Below, piece by piece: positions 39,843-48,873 of a stretch of 64,000 nt of DNA. The stretch is from positions 774,738 to 838,737 of the forward strand of contig CAZFRF010000001.1 in NCBI GenBank assembly GCA_964521295.1. The letters run 5' to 3'. This DNA comes from an uncultured Gammaproteobacteria bacterium (GTDB lineage: Bacteria > Patescibacteriota > Microgenomatia > Levybacterales > UBA12049). A program made the position numbers and the translations under genes. The notes under the pieces were generated by a model that ran no database searches, was not told the DNA's origin, and was given only the letters and a program-made list of their open reading frames with translations. Each line of letters starts with the position of its first letter. The first letter of the stretch is position 1.

Positions 39843-40118
39843 CTACAAATTAAGCGATGCGCCCCTTCCTTGTAGCTGAAAGAAGGGATCAATGTCTGTA
39901 AAAGTTTTAGCTGGAGATCTAGTTTCGGTTGCAGTTTTCATTTTAGGAATTCTAGGAGCGAACTCGCGATTTAGTTCTTGAAGCTGAGATTCTTTAATAC
40001 GAACGTTGCCTCCAACTTTAATAGCCTTTAATCTACCTTCGCGAATATAGCGTCTAACAGTTAGGGGATGAACCTTTAGAATAAATGCTGCTTGGTTAAT
40101 ATTAAACAAATTTTCCAT
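39843..40118 (-). CDS. excisionase/MerR-type HTH (HTH_17) DNA-binding protein, antitoxin-like
   Basis: 'AAFILKVHPLTVRRYIREGRLKAIKVGGNVRIKESQLQE' matches HTH_17 excisionase-family fold. Confidence 0.55.
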   Translation of the reverse strand: MENLFNINQAAFILKVHPLTVRRYIREGRLKAIKVGGNVRIKESQLQELNREFAPRIPKMKTATETRSPAKTFTDIDPFFQLQGRGASLNL

Positions 40119-40261
40119 GTTTTTAAATTTTTAAGGCTAATTTTTCACAAAGGCCTTATACAATTTTATACAATATTATGCAATTTTATGCAAGATATCA
40201 GAATATTTGACGGCTGGGTTTAAACTTAGTGTAATTAATATTACGAAGTAATATTAATTAA

Positions 40262-43200
40262 ATGCTTAACCTGCCCATAATCAATTCTAGAAAAATTTTC
40301 ACGCTACTAGCAATAGTTATTTTAGCCATAGTTTTCTTAAGTCTAAAACCATTTGTTTTTGCTGCTACGGGTATTCCACGAACAATTAATTTCCAAGGTA
40401 AATTAGTAAACAACTCTTCAGGAATTAATGTTACAAATTCAACTTACTCAGTAGTTTTCACGCTTTACGATAAAGATTCAGGGGGAACAGCTTTGTGGAC
40501 TGAGACTCAAAGTGTTACAACTGTTGATGGAATTTTCAGGGTTGCCTTGGGTTCAGTAACCCCAATCCCTTCTAATTTTAACTTTAACTGGGATGGTTTG
40601 TATCTGGGTATGAAAGTTGGAGCAGATTCAGAAATGACTCCAAGAATTCAAATGGCTTCAGTTCCATTTGCATTCAATTCCCAAAAAGTAGCAGGGTTAA
40701 CTGTTCAGGATACATCAGGTAATGCTTCAACTTCTGGAACTCTACAGATTGCAAATGCAAAAACCATTAACCTGGGTACACAAAACCTTACCTTGACCAC
40801 AACAGGAGATACGACAATCACATTGCCTACAACGGGAACTTTACTTACAAATTCTGCAACAGCAGTACAGACAATAACCTCTACTCAGGGAACTGGCACG
40901 GTTTTAGCTGTCGCTGATTCATCGGCACTTTCTGGAGCATTAACTGGATTTGCTGTTAATTTAACCTCTTCGACCAATAGTCAGAATAAGACTGGTCTTA
41001 GTTTTGATCTTTCAGGTGGTACTGGTGCGACATATTACGATATATTAGGTACTGGTAGTACATGGAGTATTACTAGAGCTGGTGTATTAACTGTTTCTTC
41101 ATGTACGGGTTGTGGAGGAGGAGGCGCAAGTTATTGGAATTTAGTTTCTGGTAATGGAGTTTCAAATGGTGGATACATAACACCAATTAATTCAACCGCA
41201 GATTTCTTTTTGGGTGGTCAGGCAACAACATCTGCAAAATTTGGAGTGCTAAATTTAAATTCTGGAATTCCAATCGCAACAATTGCTGGTAATTTTGTTA
41301 TTCAGCCTCAACTGGGTGGAGGAGGAAGGTTAGGAATTGGAACTGATCCATCTGTCTACAATTATCTAATTGATGCAACTAAAGATATTAACGATATTTC
41401 AACCGTTAATGTTTGGAATCCAAATTTAGGAAGTGCTGCTTGGGCTGGATTTAGAGCAGGTGGCTCACAGTCTAGTGGCGATAACATTCAACTTCTTTTT
41501 ACTGGTAGTCAGCAAGGAGGCAGTGCATTAAATAGAATTGCTAGCTCAGCATTACTTGAATCAGGCTCAGGCGCAAGTGGAGGATTAATTTTAATAACTG
41601 ATCATTCTTCTGCACCGATAATTTTCGCAACTGGCGGAAATGCTTTAACCAATGAGAGATTAAGGATTACTTCTACGGGTGTCTTAAGTTTGGGTAGTAC
41701 TTCCGGAGAATCACAGCTAAGCGTTACTAGGCCTTTGTCGTGGGGCGCTACTGGTAAATCCTTAGCTATACTTAATCAAATTGAAAATCAGGATATTTTC
41801 ACAGCTTCTGCTTCAGGAACTCCAGTTATAACAATTTCTAGGGCTGGAGGATTGGGAATCGGTGGAGGACCAGGCTCAAGTCCAAATTACGGAACAGGCT
41901 CAAATTGTCTTTTAGGAGGAACTACTATTTCCTGGGGGTCTTGTGCGGCTGGTTCTGGAGATGGAATAGATAGATGGCAAGTAAACAATGGAGTGTTATC
42001 TCCTGGAAACCAAACCTTGGATTTTGCTGTTGGCGGAACAGCTTCGACATCTGCAAAATTATTAGTGTCTCAGTTGGGAACTAATGCAATAGCTTCAGTT
42101 GCTGGTTCAACTTCTTTTTCAGCATTAGTAGTTGATAATAGTGGTACAGGAAGTTTATTTACCGCATCTTCTTCTGGATTAACGAGATTTGTAATTAACA
42201 AAAATGGCGGAGTTGGTATTAATACAGCATCAATTGGTGATGGCCTAGAGCTAGATGTTAATGGAAGCGCAAGAATTGGAACAACTGCAGTTGCGGCTCC
42301 AGATGATATTATGAAAACTGATACTACAGACTTTACAGTTAGTGGGTATAGCGCAACTACTGTAACCACGAGCGGAGATAAGATAACTTTGCCTGTAAAT
42401 CAAATAGCCAGCGCAAAAGTTCCAGCAGCAGGACCAAATACAACATATGCGGTTGCAACCTGGTCAGCTGCTTTAACCAGAGCAGATGGAAAAGTGTTAG
42501 TTATAACAGGTGATTCCGCCAATACATCAGGTAATGTAAGAAAAACAACCATTTATGAATCTAGATCTAATACTTTTTTAGCAGGTCCTTCTTTAGTTAA
42601 TACACCACATGCCTCAAATGCTGCTGTATTTCAGCTTGCTAATGGTACTTTCTTAGTTGCTTTGGGAAATGGATCGCAAATTTATAATCAAGCTGGTGTT
42701 AATGGTACGGGAAGCTTTACCCAAGGAGCTCCTTTAATGGCTAATCCGGCATCTCCAAATACAAATTCAGTTGTGGGTGCAGGTGCCCGTTTTATTAGAA
42801 GGTTTGATGGCTCATTAATTTTAATTTTAGGTGGGAATAGTACTATGACAAATATTTATAATCCAACTAATAATCAATTTATTTATGGACCTAGTTTAAC
42901 AACAGGTGTTGCTTCAGGAAGTGCAGTATTCCAAAGACCAGATGGGAAATGGATTGTTGTCGTTGGTGGAGGAACCAGTACTACTAATATATATGATCCA
43001 TCGCTTGGAAATGGTGGTGCTTTTACCGCAGGACCAGCTCTTGCTGCTGGAAATGCAAATTATGGAGCTAATGTTTTTCAATTATCAGATGGTAGATTCA
43101 TGTTGATTAACGGTGGAGGAACGAATACTACTAATATATACAATCCTATTTCTAATACTTTTACATCTGGTCCAACTTTAACAACAAATGTTGGTTCGGG

Positions 43201-46200
43201 TTCTCAAACAATCCAAAGATCAGATGGTAAATGGTTGGTAGTGGCTGGTGGAGGATCAAAAGCTGTAAATTTATATGATCCAACAACAAATACATTTAGT
43301 CAGCCTGCAAATTCTGATTTAACAGCTCCAGCTGGAGTTGGCGCAGTTACATTCCAGAGAGAAGATGGAAAATATATAGTAGTTCATGGAGGAAATTATA
43401 ACGTTGGCGTAAACGTTGTCTCGACAACTCTATATGATGCAGGTTGGCAAACTAGTGGTATTTGGATTTCTGAGGATATAAATAATACAAAAATATCAAC
43501 TTATTCAGCTATATCATGGGTTTCAAATCCACAAATAGCTGCAACGCCTTCGTCAAACGTTACATTTCAGGTTAAAACCTCTCCTACCCAGGGAGGATTA
43601 GCTACAGCTACTTGGAATACTATTGCGAATACAGGTGATTTAATTCAAGCTGTAGCTGGAGCGCAATGGATAAAGATTCAAGCTTTGTTTGCAGCTCAAA
43701 TTCCTCAACCATATACAGTAAGTATTCCTAATAATATTCAATCAGGAGTTTGGCCAGCTGAGGGAGGAGTTTCGTACTTTAGGTATGCATTAGAACCTAC
43801 TTTATTCAGAATTAGAATTATTAATCCAATTGCGGGTTATGGAGGTTGGGTTTCAACAGATTTATATAATGGTAGAAATGAAGCAACTCAAGGTGCTGTA
43901 CTGGATAATGTTGTAATTGATAATACAAATAGATTAACTCTGGCTACAAATAGATTTAATGGTTCTGCTTCAGCGTCTGCGGGTGTAATTATTGCTTCTG
44001 CTTCAGCAAATTTGGGTGGAGCTGCTGGAGCTGGTTCAGTTACCATAACCTTGCCAAGTGGTAAGTTATTAGTAATACTAGGTCAAGCTAAAAACTCTAC
44101 TGTAATTTACGATCCTATTACAGGTCAATCTACTGCAGGTCCAATTTTGTCATCCGCAACAACAACAACTGGTACGTTTGCTTTCCAAAGACCTGATGGT
44201 AATTTTGTTGTAGTTATAGGAGGAACAGCAATTACTAATATCTATAATGTTTCCTCAAATACTTTTTCTGTCGGTCCGTCTTTGTCGGGAAATGCAGGAA
44301 CTGGAGCCCATGCGATTCAAAGGCCAGATGGAAAGTTTGTTATCTTTAGAGGAGGTACAACTGTATTTACAAATATTTATGATCCAATTTCGAATTCAAT
44401 GGTTGATGGACCACAGGTTACAGGAGGCTCTGTTGGTGCTGGAGCATTTTCAATTAGAAGATCTGATGGAAGATATTTAACAATTTTAGGAAATAATACT
44501 GCTGTAGTAAATTTATATGATCCATATCAAAATTCCTTTACCTTAGGAGCTGCTGTATCAGGTGCAGTAAGTACAAATGGTAATGGAATTATGCTTCCTA
44601 ATGGTAGAGTTTGGGCAACTAGAACAACAACTACTTCGGAAACTATTAATCCATTAGTAACAGCTGAGCCTGTAGCTGCCTCAGGTTATTCAGTTGCAGG
44701 TCCTGCTATTACTTCAATTGGTGTTGGTTCTCATATGATTCCAATGGCTGATGGCAAGGTAATGCTTTTTACTGGAAATTCTGTTTCATATAACGTTTAT
44801 AACCCTGCAGCTAATACAATGGTTGTATCATCAACTGGTACAGTTGCCGTTGGTGCATTACCACAAACCGTGGGAGATGGAGCTCAGTCAATTCAGCTTC
44901 CGAATGGTAAGTTTTTAGTTATCTCTGGAAACAATACAACAAATACTATGATTGTTGATACGGGTTTTGTTATGAATGGCACCTATATTTCTGAGCCTAT
45001 TTATGCACCTACATTGAGTAGTGCTACTTCACTTCTATGGAAGAATGTCGGCGGAGGAAATGTTAATGCAAAATATAGGACAGCAGCATCAAGTACCGCT
45101 TTAACAACTACTCAATGGGTAGACTTAGAAAAAGATGATGGAGCGCTTGCACCAAATCCAGGCGATCAATGGGTACAGATAAGACTTGATTTGCAAGCCT
45201 ATCTGCCTAAACAGCCTTATGAAAAAGTAAATGTTACCTCTAATACTTCTGCTGGAGGATTTAGATACTGGCAAGCTCCATCGGCTCCAATATTGCAATA
45301 TTGGAGATTAGTTAATAATACGGATCCGAATTTATTGGTTATGACTAGTGGTGGACAAAGACAGTTTAGATTTCAGGCTGATGGTCAAGCATTTACTGCT
45401 TTAAATGGAGCTTGGAATACGGGTGGAGCAGATTTGGCAGAAAGATATACTTCTAAAGAGGTTCTCGAAGCAGGAGAGGTGGTTGTTGGTGATAAGTTTA
45501 ATGCTCAAAATGTTATAAGAGCGACGACTCCGTATCAGTCTAATATTATGGGGGTGGTTTCAACTCAGCCAGGTTTTGTAGCTGGTGCATATACTCCTGA
45601 TTCATATCCAATTGCTTTAGTTGGACGTGTTCCCGTTAAGATTTCAAATGAAAATGGTGAAGTTAGATCAGGTGATTATTTAACTTCTGCATCAATTCCT
45701 GGATATGCAATGAAAGCAACAGTTGCTGGAAGAGTTTTGGGAACTGCTTTGGAAGATTTCGATAGCACTAAAGAAACAGTTGAATGTCCAACTGATGGTT
45801 ATGGCAGTATTGGTACAACGAGATGTGGAGTTATTACTGCCTTTATTAATTTAACAAGCTATACAGGTGCTGACATTGAGACATTGATGGCTGATAGAAA
45901 CTTCGCATTAGGAATTTCTCAGACAGGACTTCAGTCAGACTCATTCTTAAATGGAGTTGATGAAAAAGATAGAAAGATAGTTGAGTTCTTAAAATCTCTT
46001 AAAGAAGAAAACGGTGTGGAGTCTAATTCGCAAATGTTTACAGGAAGACTTTCTGCTGTTAAAATTTTAAGCTCAGATATAGTTGCAGATTTAATTACAG
46101 CAAAAACAATTAGAGCAGATAGAATTGAAGGCTTGGAAATTTTAACGAATCAAATTTCAAGCTTAAATTCGAGATTAAATACCCTAACTAGTACGGGCTC

Positions 46201-46840
46201 TGGTGTTTTAGGAGATGCTACTGAATCTGCAAATCTTAATACTACTTTTGATTTAAATAATTCAGCAACAGCTTCAGCTGACTTTAATATTAGAGGCAAT
46301 AGTGTGGTTGAGGGAATGTTTATGGTTCTAAAAACTATAACAACTCCTAATCTACTAGTTTCAGATTTTGCGAGCTTTTTTGGAGATGTAGTCTTTAAGA
46401 AAAATGTTAATTTTGAAGGAAGGCCAACCTTTAATAATGATACAGCTGGATTTGCAATAGTTTCTAAAGGAGATAGTTCAGTCGAGATAGAATTTGATGA
46501 TGAGTATAGAGAGATTCCAGTAATTACAGCCAGTATTGTTTTGGATAAGGCTGATAATCCTCAAGAACAAAAACAATTAGAAGACGAGATTCTAAGTGGA
46601 AACTTGTCTTATATAGTAACTCAAAGAACTACTAAGGGGTTTGTGATTAGATTAAATAAATTAGCTAATGCAAACATTAGTTTCTCTTGGGTTGCAATAT
46701 CAGTTAAAAATGCAAAGACAGTTACAAAAAATTCAAATAGGGCAAGTATTAATCCTCAAGCGACTCAGTCTGCTGGTTTTCAGTCAATAGTAAACCAGCT
46801 AAATTTATCAAATTCTAATCAGAATGGGGGTGAGAACTAA
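40262..46840 (+). CDS. giant (2192 aa) secreted Kelch-like beta-propeller repeat / fibre-like protein
   Basis: N-terminal signal anchor; N-domain 'INFQGKLVNNSSGINVTNSTYSVVFTLYDKDSGGTALWTETQSVTTVDGIFRVALG'; >=14 ~48-aa repeats 'NIYxPxxNxFxxGPxLxxxxxxGAxxFQRxDGKxxVVGGG'; C-terminal coiled coil 'RIEGLEILTNQISSLNSRLNTLTS'. Confidence 0.8.
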   Translation: MLNLPIINSRKIFTLLAIVILAIVFLSLKPFVFAATGIPRTINFQGKLVNNSSGINVTNSTYSVVFTLYDKDSGGTALWTETQSVTTVDGIFRVALGSVTPIPSNFNFNWDGLYLGMKVGADSEMTPRIQMASVPFAFNSQKVAGLTVQDTSGNASTSGTLQIANAKTINLGTQNLTLTTTGDTTITLPTTGTLLTNSATAVQTITSTQGTGTVLAVADSSALSGALTGFAVNLTSSTNSQNKTGLSFDLSGGTGATYYDILGTGSTWSITRAGVLTVSSCTGCGGGGASYWNLVSGNGVSNGGYITPINSTADFFLGGQATTSAKFGVLNLNSGIPIATIAGNFVIQPQLGGGGRLGIGTDPSVYNYLIDATKDINDISTVNVWNPNLGSAAWAGFRAGGSQSSGDNIQLLFTGSQQGGSALNRIASSALLESGSGASGGLILITDHSSAPIIFATGGNALTNERLRITSTGVLSLGSTSGESQLSVTRPLSWGATGKSLAILNQIENQDIFTASASGTPVITISRAGGLGIGGGPGSSPNYGTGSNCLLGGTTISWGSCAAGSGDGIDRWQVNNGVLSPGNQTLDFAVGGTASTSAKLLVSQLGTNAIASVAGSTSFSALVVDNSGTGSLFTASSSGLTRFVINKNGGVGINTASIGDGLELDVNGSARIGTTAVAAPDDIMKTDTTDFTVSGYSATTVTTSGDKITLPVNQIASAKVPAAGPNTTYAVATWSAALTRADGKVLVITGDSANTSGNVRKTTIYESRSNTFLAGPSLVNTPHASNAAVFQLANGTFLVALGNGSQIYNQAGVNGTGSFTQGAPLMANPASPNTNSVVGAGARFIRRFDGSLILILGGNSTMTNIYNPTNNQFIYGPSLTTGVASGSAVFQRPDGKWIVVVGGGTSTTNIYDPSLGNGGAFTAGPALAAGNANYGANVFQLSDGRFMLINGGGTNTTNIYNPISNTFTSGPTLTTNVGSGSQTIQRSDGKWLVVAGGGSKAVNLYDPTTNTFSQPANSDLTAPAGVGAVTFQREDGKYIVVHGGNYNVGVNVVSTTLYDAGWQTSGIWISEDINNTKISTYSAISWVSNPQIAATPSSNVTFQVKTSPTQGGLATATWNTIANTGDLIQAVAGAQWIKIQALFAAQIPQPYTVSIPNNIQSGVWPAEGGVSYFRYALEPTLFRIRIINPIAGYGGWVSTDLYNGRNEATQGAVLDNVVIDNTNRLTLATNRFNGSASASAGVIIASASANLGGAAGAGSVTITLPSGKLLVILGQAKNSTVIYDPITGQSTAGPILSSATTTTGTFAFQRPDGNFVVVIGGTAITNIYNVSSNTFSVGPSLSGNAGTGAHAIQRPDGKFVIFRGGTTVFTNIYDPISNSMVDGPQVTGGSVGAGAFSIRRSDGRYLTILGNNTAVVNLYDPYQNSFTLGAAVSGAVSTNGNGIMLPNGRVWATRTTTTSETINPLVTAEPVAASGYSVAGPAITSIGVGSHMIPMADGKVMLFTGNSVSYNVYNPAANTMVVSSTGTVAVGALPQTVGDGAQSIQLPNGKFLVISGNNTTNTMIVDTGFVMNGTYISEPIYAPTLSSATSLLWKNVGGGNVNAKYRTAASSTALTTTQWVDLEKDDGALAPNPGDQWVQIRLDLQAYLPKQPYEKVNVTSNTSAGGFRYWQAPSAPILQYWRLVNNTDPNLLVMTSGGQRQFRFQADGQAFTALNGAWNTGGADLAERYTSKEVLEAGEVVVGDKFNAQNVIRATTPYQSNIMGVVSTQPGFVAGAYTPDSYPIALVGRVPVKISNENGEVRSGDYLTSASIPGYAMKATVAGRVLGTALEDFDSTKETVECPTDGYGSIGTTRCGVITAFINLTSYTGADIETLMADRNFALGISQTGLQSDSFLNGVDEKDRKIVEFLKSLKEENGVESNSQMFTGRLSAVKILSSDIVADLITAKTIRADRIEGLEILTNQISSLNSRLNTLTSTGSGVLGDATESANLNTTFDLNNSATASADFNIRGNSVVEGMFMVLKTITTPNLLVSDFASFFGDVVFKKNVNFEGRPTFNNDTAGFAIVSKGDSSVEIEFDDEYREIPVITASIVLDKADNPQEQKQLEDEILSGNLSYIVTQRTTKGFVIRLNKLANANISFSWVAISVKNAKTVTKNSNRASINPQATQSAGFQSIVNQLNLSNSNQNGGEN

Positions 46841-46963
46841 CATCAATGTTTAAAGTTATTCTTGATGCAATAAAAAATTATTTTTTGCTTTTACAGTTTA
46901 ATCCAAAATAAGCATAAAGAGGTAATTGACTTAAGTAAAAATTTCGCTAGAATAATTTAATAC

Positions 46964-47923
46964 ATGAGAAATGCTAAGCGTTTCTTTATTTTTTTGTTCT
47001 TAGCAAGTATTGCAGCTAACCTTTTGTTAATTGGTTGTTATTTTTACTTTCATACGGATTCTAGGCTTCCGGTAAAGAATGAAGGGACTTTTAATAATTT
47101 AGAGCAACAATTTCCTTTACTTTCCAAAAGGACATTATTTGATTTGCCTCAGGATACATTAATCAATTTCTTGGATTTAAGAAAACAAATTAGAGTCGAA
47201 ACGGAAAAGTATAAGGACGAAATCGGACTTTATTTTGAATACTTACCGACAGGTACAAATATTAATGTTAGCTCCAATACTGAGTATCATGCTGCTTCGC
47301 TTTTTAAAGTACCAGTTGTTATGGCATATTATCATTTTCAGGAAAGAACAGGAATCAAAGATAAAGATACGGTAATAAAATATTCGGAATTAGATAACGA
47401 GTTCGGAGACTTATGGAAAAAGGGAGCAGGTTATCCAATTAAACTATCTGAAGCTGTAAGATTGGCTTTGGAGAAGTCAGATAATACAGCAGCTAAAGTT
47501 GTAGCCAATAATATTACAGATCAAGATTTTGCACCTGTTTATAATGGTTTAGATATAGAATTAGAGGCGGATAATGAGGGAGCAATAGTAACTGCTAAGG
47601 GTTATTCTTCTATTTTAAAAGCTTTATATTTTGCTTCAGTTATCAATAGAGAAGATTCTCATAGGATACTGCAATATTTAGCAAATACTCCTTTTAATGA
47701 TAAATTAGCTGCACCAATACCTAAAAATGTGACAGTAGCACATAAAATCGGTAATTTTATAGATGATGATGGCGTGGATGTTTATAATGATTGTGGTATT
47801 GTTTATGTTCCCAGAAGACCATATCTTTTATGTATGTTGTCAAAATCTGATGAAGTCGTAGCTAGAGAAAGAATGCAAAAACTTTCCAAAATGGTTTATG
47901 ATTTCGTCGCTAATGCGAACTAA
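46964..47923 (+). CDS. class A beta-lactamase-fold serine hydrolase, paralog 1 (N-terminal TM)
   Basis: 'SLFK' (SxxK), 'SDNTAAK' (SDN), 'HKIGN' (KTG-like) motifs. Confidence 0.6.
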   Translation: MRNAKRFFIFLFLASIAANLLLIGCYFYFHTDSRLPVKNEGTFNNLEQQFPLLSKRTLFDLPQDTLINFLDLRKQIRVETEKYKDEIGLYFEYLPTGTNINVSSNTEYHAASLFKVPVVMAYYHFQERTGIKDKDTVIKYSELDNEFGDLWKKGAGYPIKLSEAVRLALEKSDNTAAKVVANNITDQDFAPVYNGLDIELEADNEGAIVTAKGYSSILKALYFASVINREDSHRILQYLANTPFNDKLAAPIPKNVTVAHKIGNFIDDDGVDVYNDCGIVYVPRRPYLLCMLSKSDEVVARERMQKLSKMVYDFVANAN

Positions 47924-47925
47924 AA

Positions 47926-48846
47926 ATGTTTAAAAAATTACCTCAAATTATATTTATTCTCTTAATTTTAAGCATTAGTCTTAATTTGTTTTTTGGATAT
48001 AAGCTAGCAAATGTAAATTCTAATTTTAAAGATCAAGAGATTAAATTTAATCTCTTGGCGAAAAGAATATTTCTGGAAAACTTTAGCGATATTTTAATAA
48101 ATTTTCTGGATTTAAGATCTAATTTGCGTAATCTGACTAGTCCTTGGGGGGATGATTTTGCAATGTATTTTGAATATTTGCCAACCGGTACAAATATTAA
48201 TATTAATTCTACAAACGAATATTATGTTGCTTCGCTTTTCAAATTACCTGTGGTAATGGCTTATTTTAGACATAAGGAAAAAAATGGGATTACTCGAGAT
48301 ATAACAACTAAATTAAGGCCAGATGAGATTGATCCCAGGTATGGAGAATTGTGGAAGAAGGGCGTTGGTTATGAAATAAGCTTAGATGAGGCTGCCAAAC
48401 TTGCTCTTTTAGATTCAGATAATACCGCCACTAAAGCACTTGGGCCTTATATAGATCAGTCAGATTTTGATGATGTTTATAAGGCAATTGATATAGAGTT
48501 AAAAATTGCTTCGGAAGGGGCATTACTTTCACCAAAAAACTATTCTTCAATCTTAAAAGCTTTGTATTTTAGCGCGGTGCTTAGTAAAGAGCATTCGCAA
48601 TTAATTTTAAATTATTTATCACAAACTAAGTTTGATGACAAATTAGTGGCAGGTATTCCTAATAATGTTAAAGTTGCCCATAAGATTGGAGTAATTGATG
48701 GCCAGTCTTATATGGATTGTGGTATTGTTTATATTCCCAAGAGACCATATGTTTTATGTATGATTTCTAAAAGCGATGAGCTGACTGCGCAGTCTAGGAT
48801 GCAGCAAGTATCCAAAGCAGTGTATGACTACGTTTCTTCTAGATAA
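47926..48846 (+). CDS. class A beta-lactamase-fold serine hydrolase, paralog 2
   Basis: 'SLFK', 'SDNTATK', 'HKIGV'; ~45% identical to upstream paralog. Confidence 0.6.
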   Translation: MFKKLPQIIFILLILSISLNLFFGYKLANVNSNFKDQEIKFNLLAKRIFLENFSDILINFLDLRSNLRNLTSPWGDDFAMYFEYLPTGTNININSTNEYYVASLFKLPVVMAYFRHKEKNGITRDITTKLRPDEIDPRYGELWKKGVGYEISLDEAAKLALLDSDNTATKALGPYIDQSDFDDVYKAIDIELKIASEGALLSPKNYSSILKALYFSAVLSKEHSQLILNYLSQTKFDDKLVAGIPNNVKVAHKIGVIDGQSYMDCGIVYIPKRPYVLCMISKSDELTAQSRMQQVSKAVYDYVSSR

Positions 48847-48873
48847 AATCAATGCAGGACAATTAAGGGGTTT

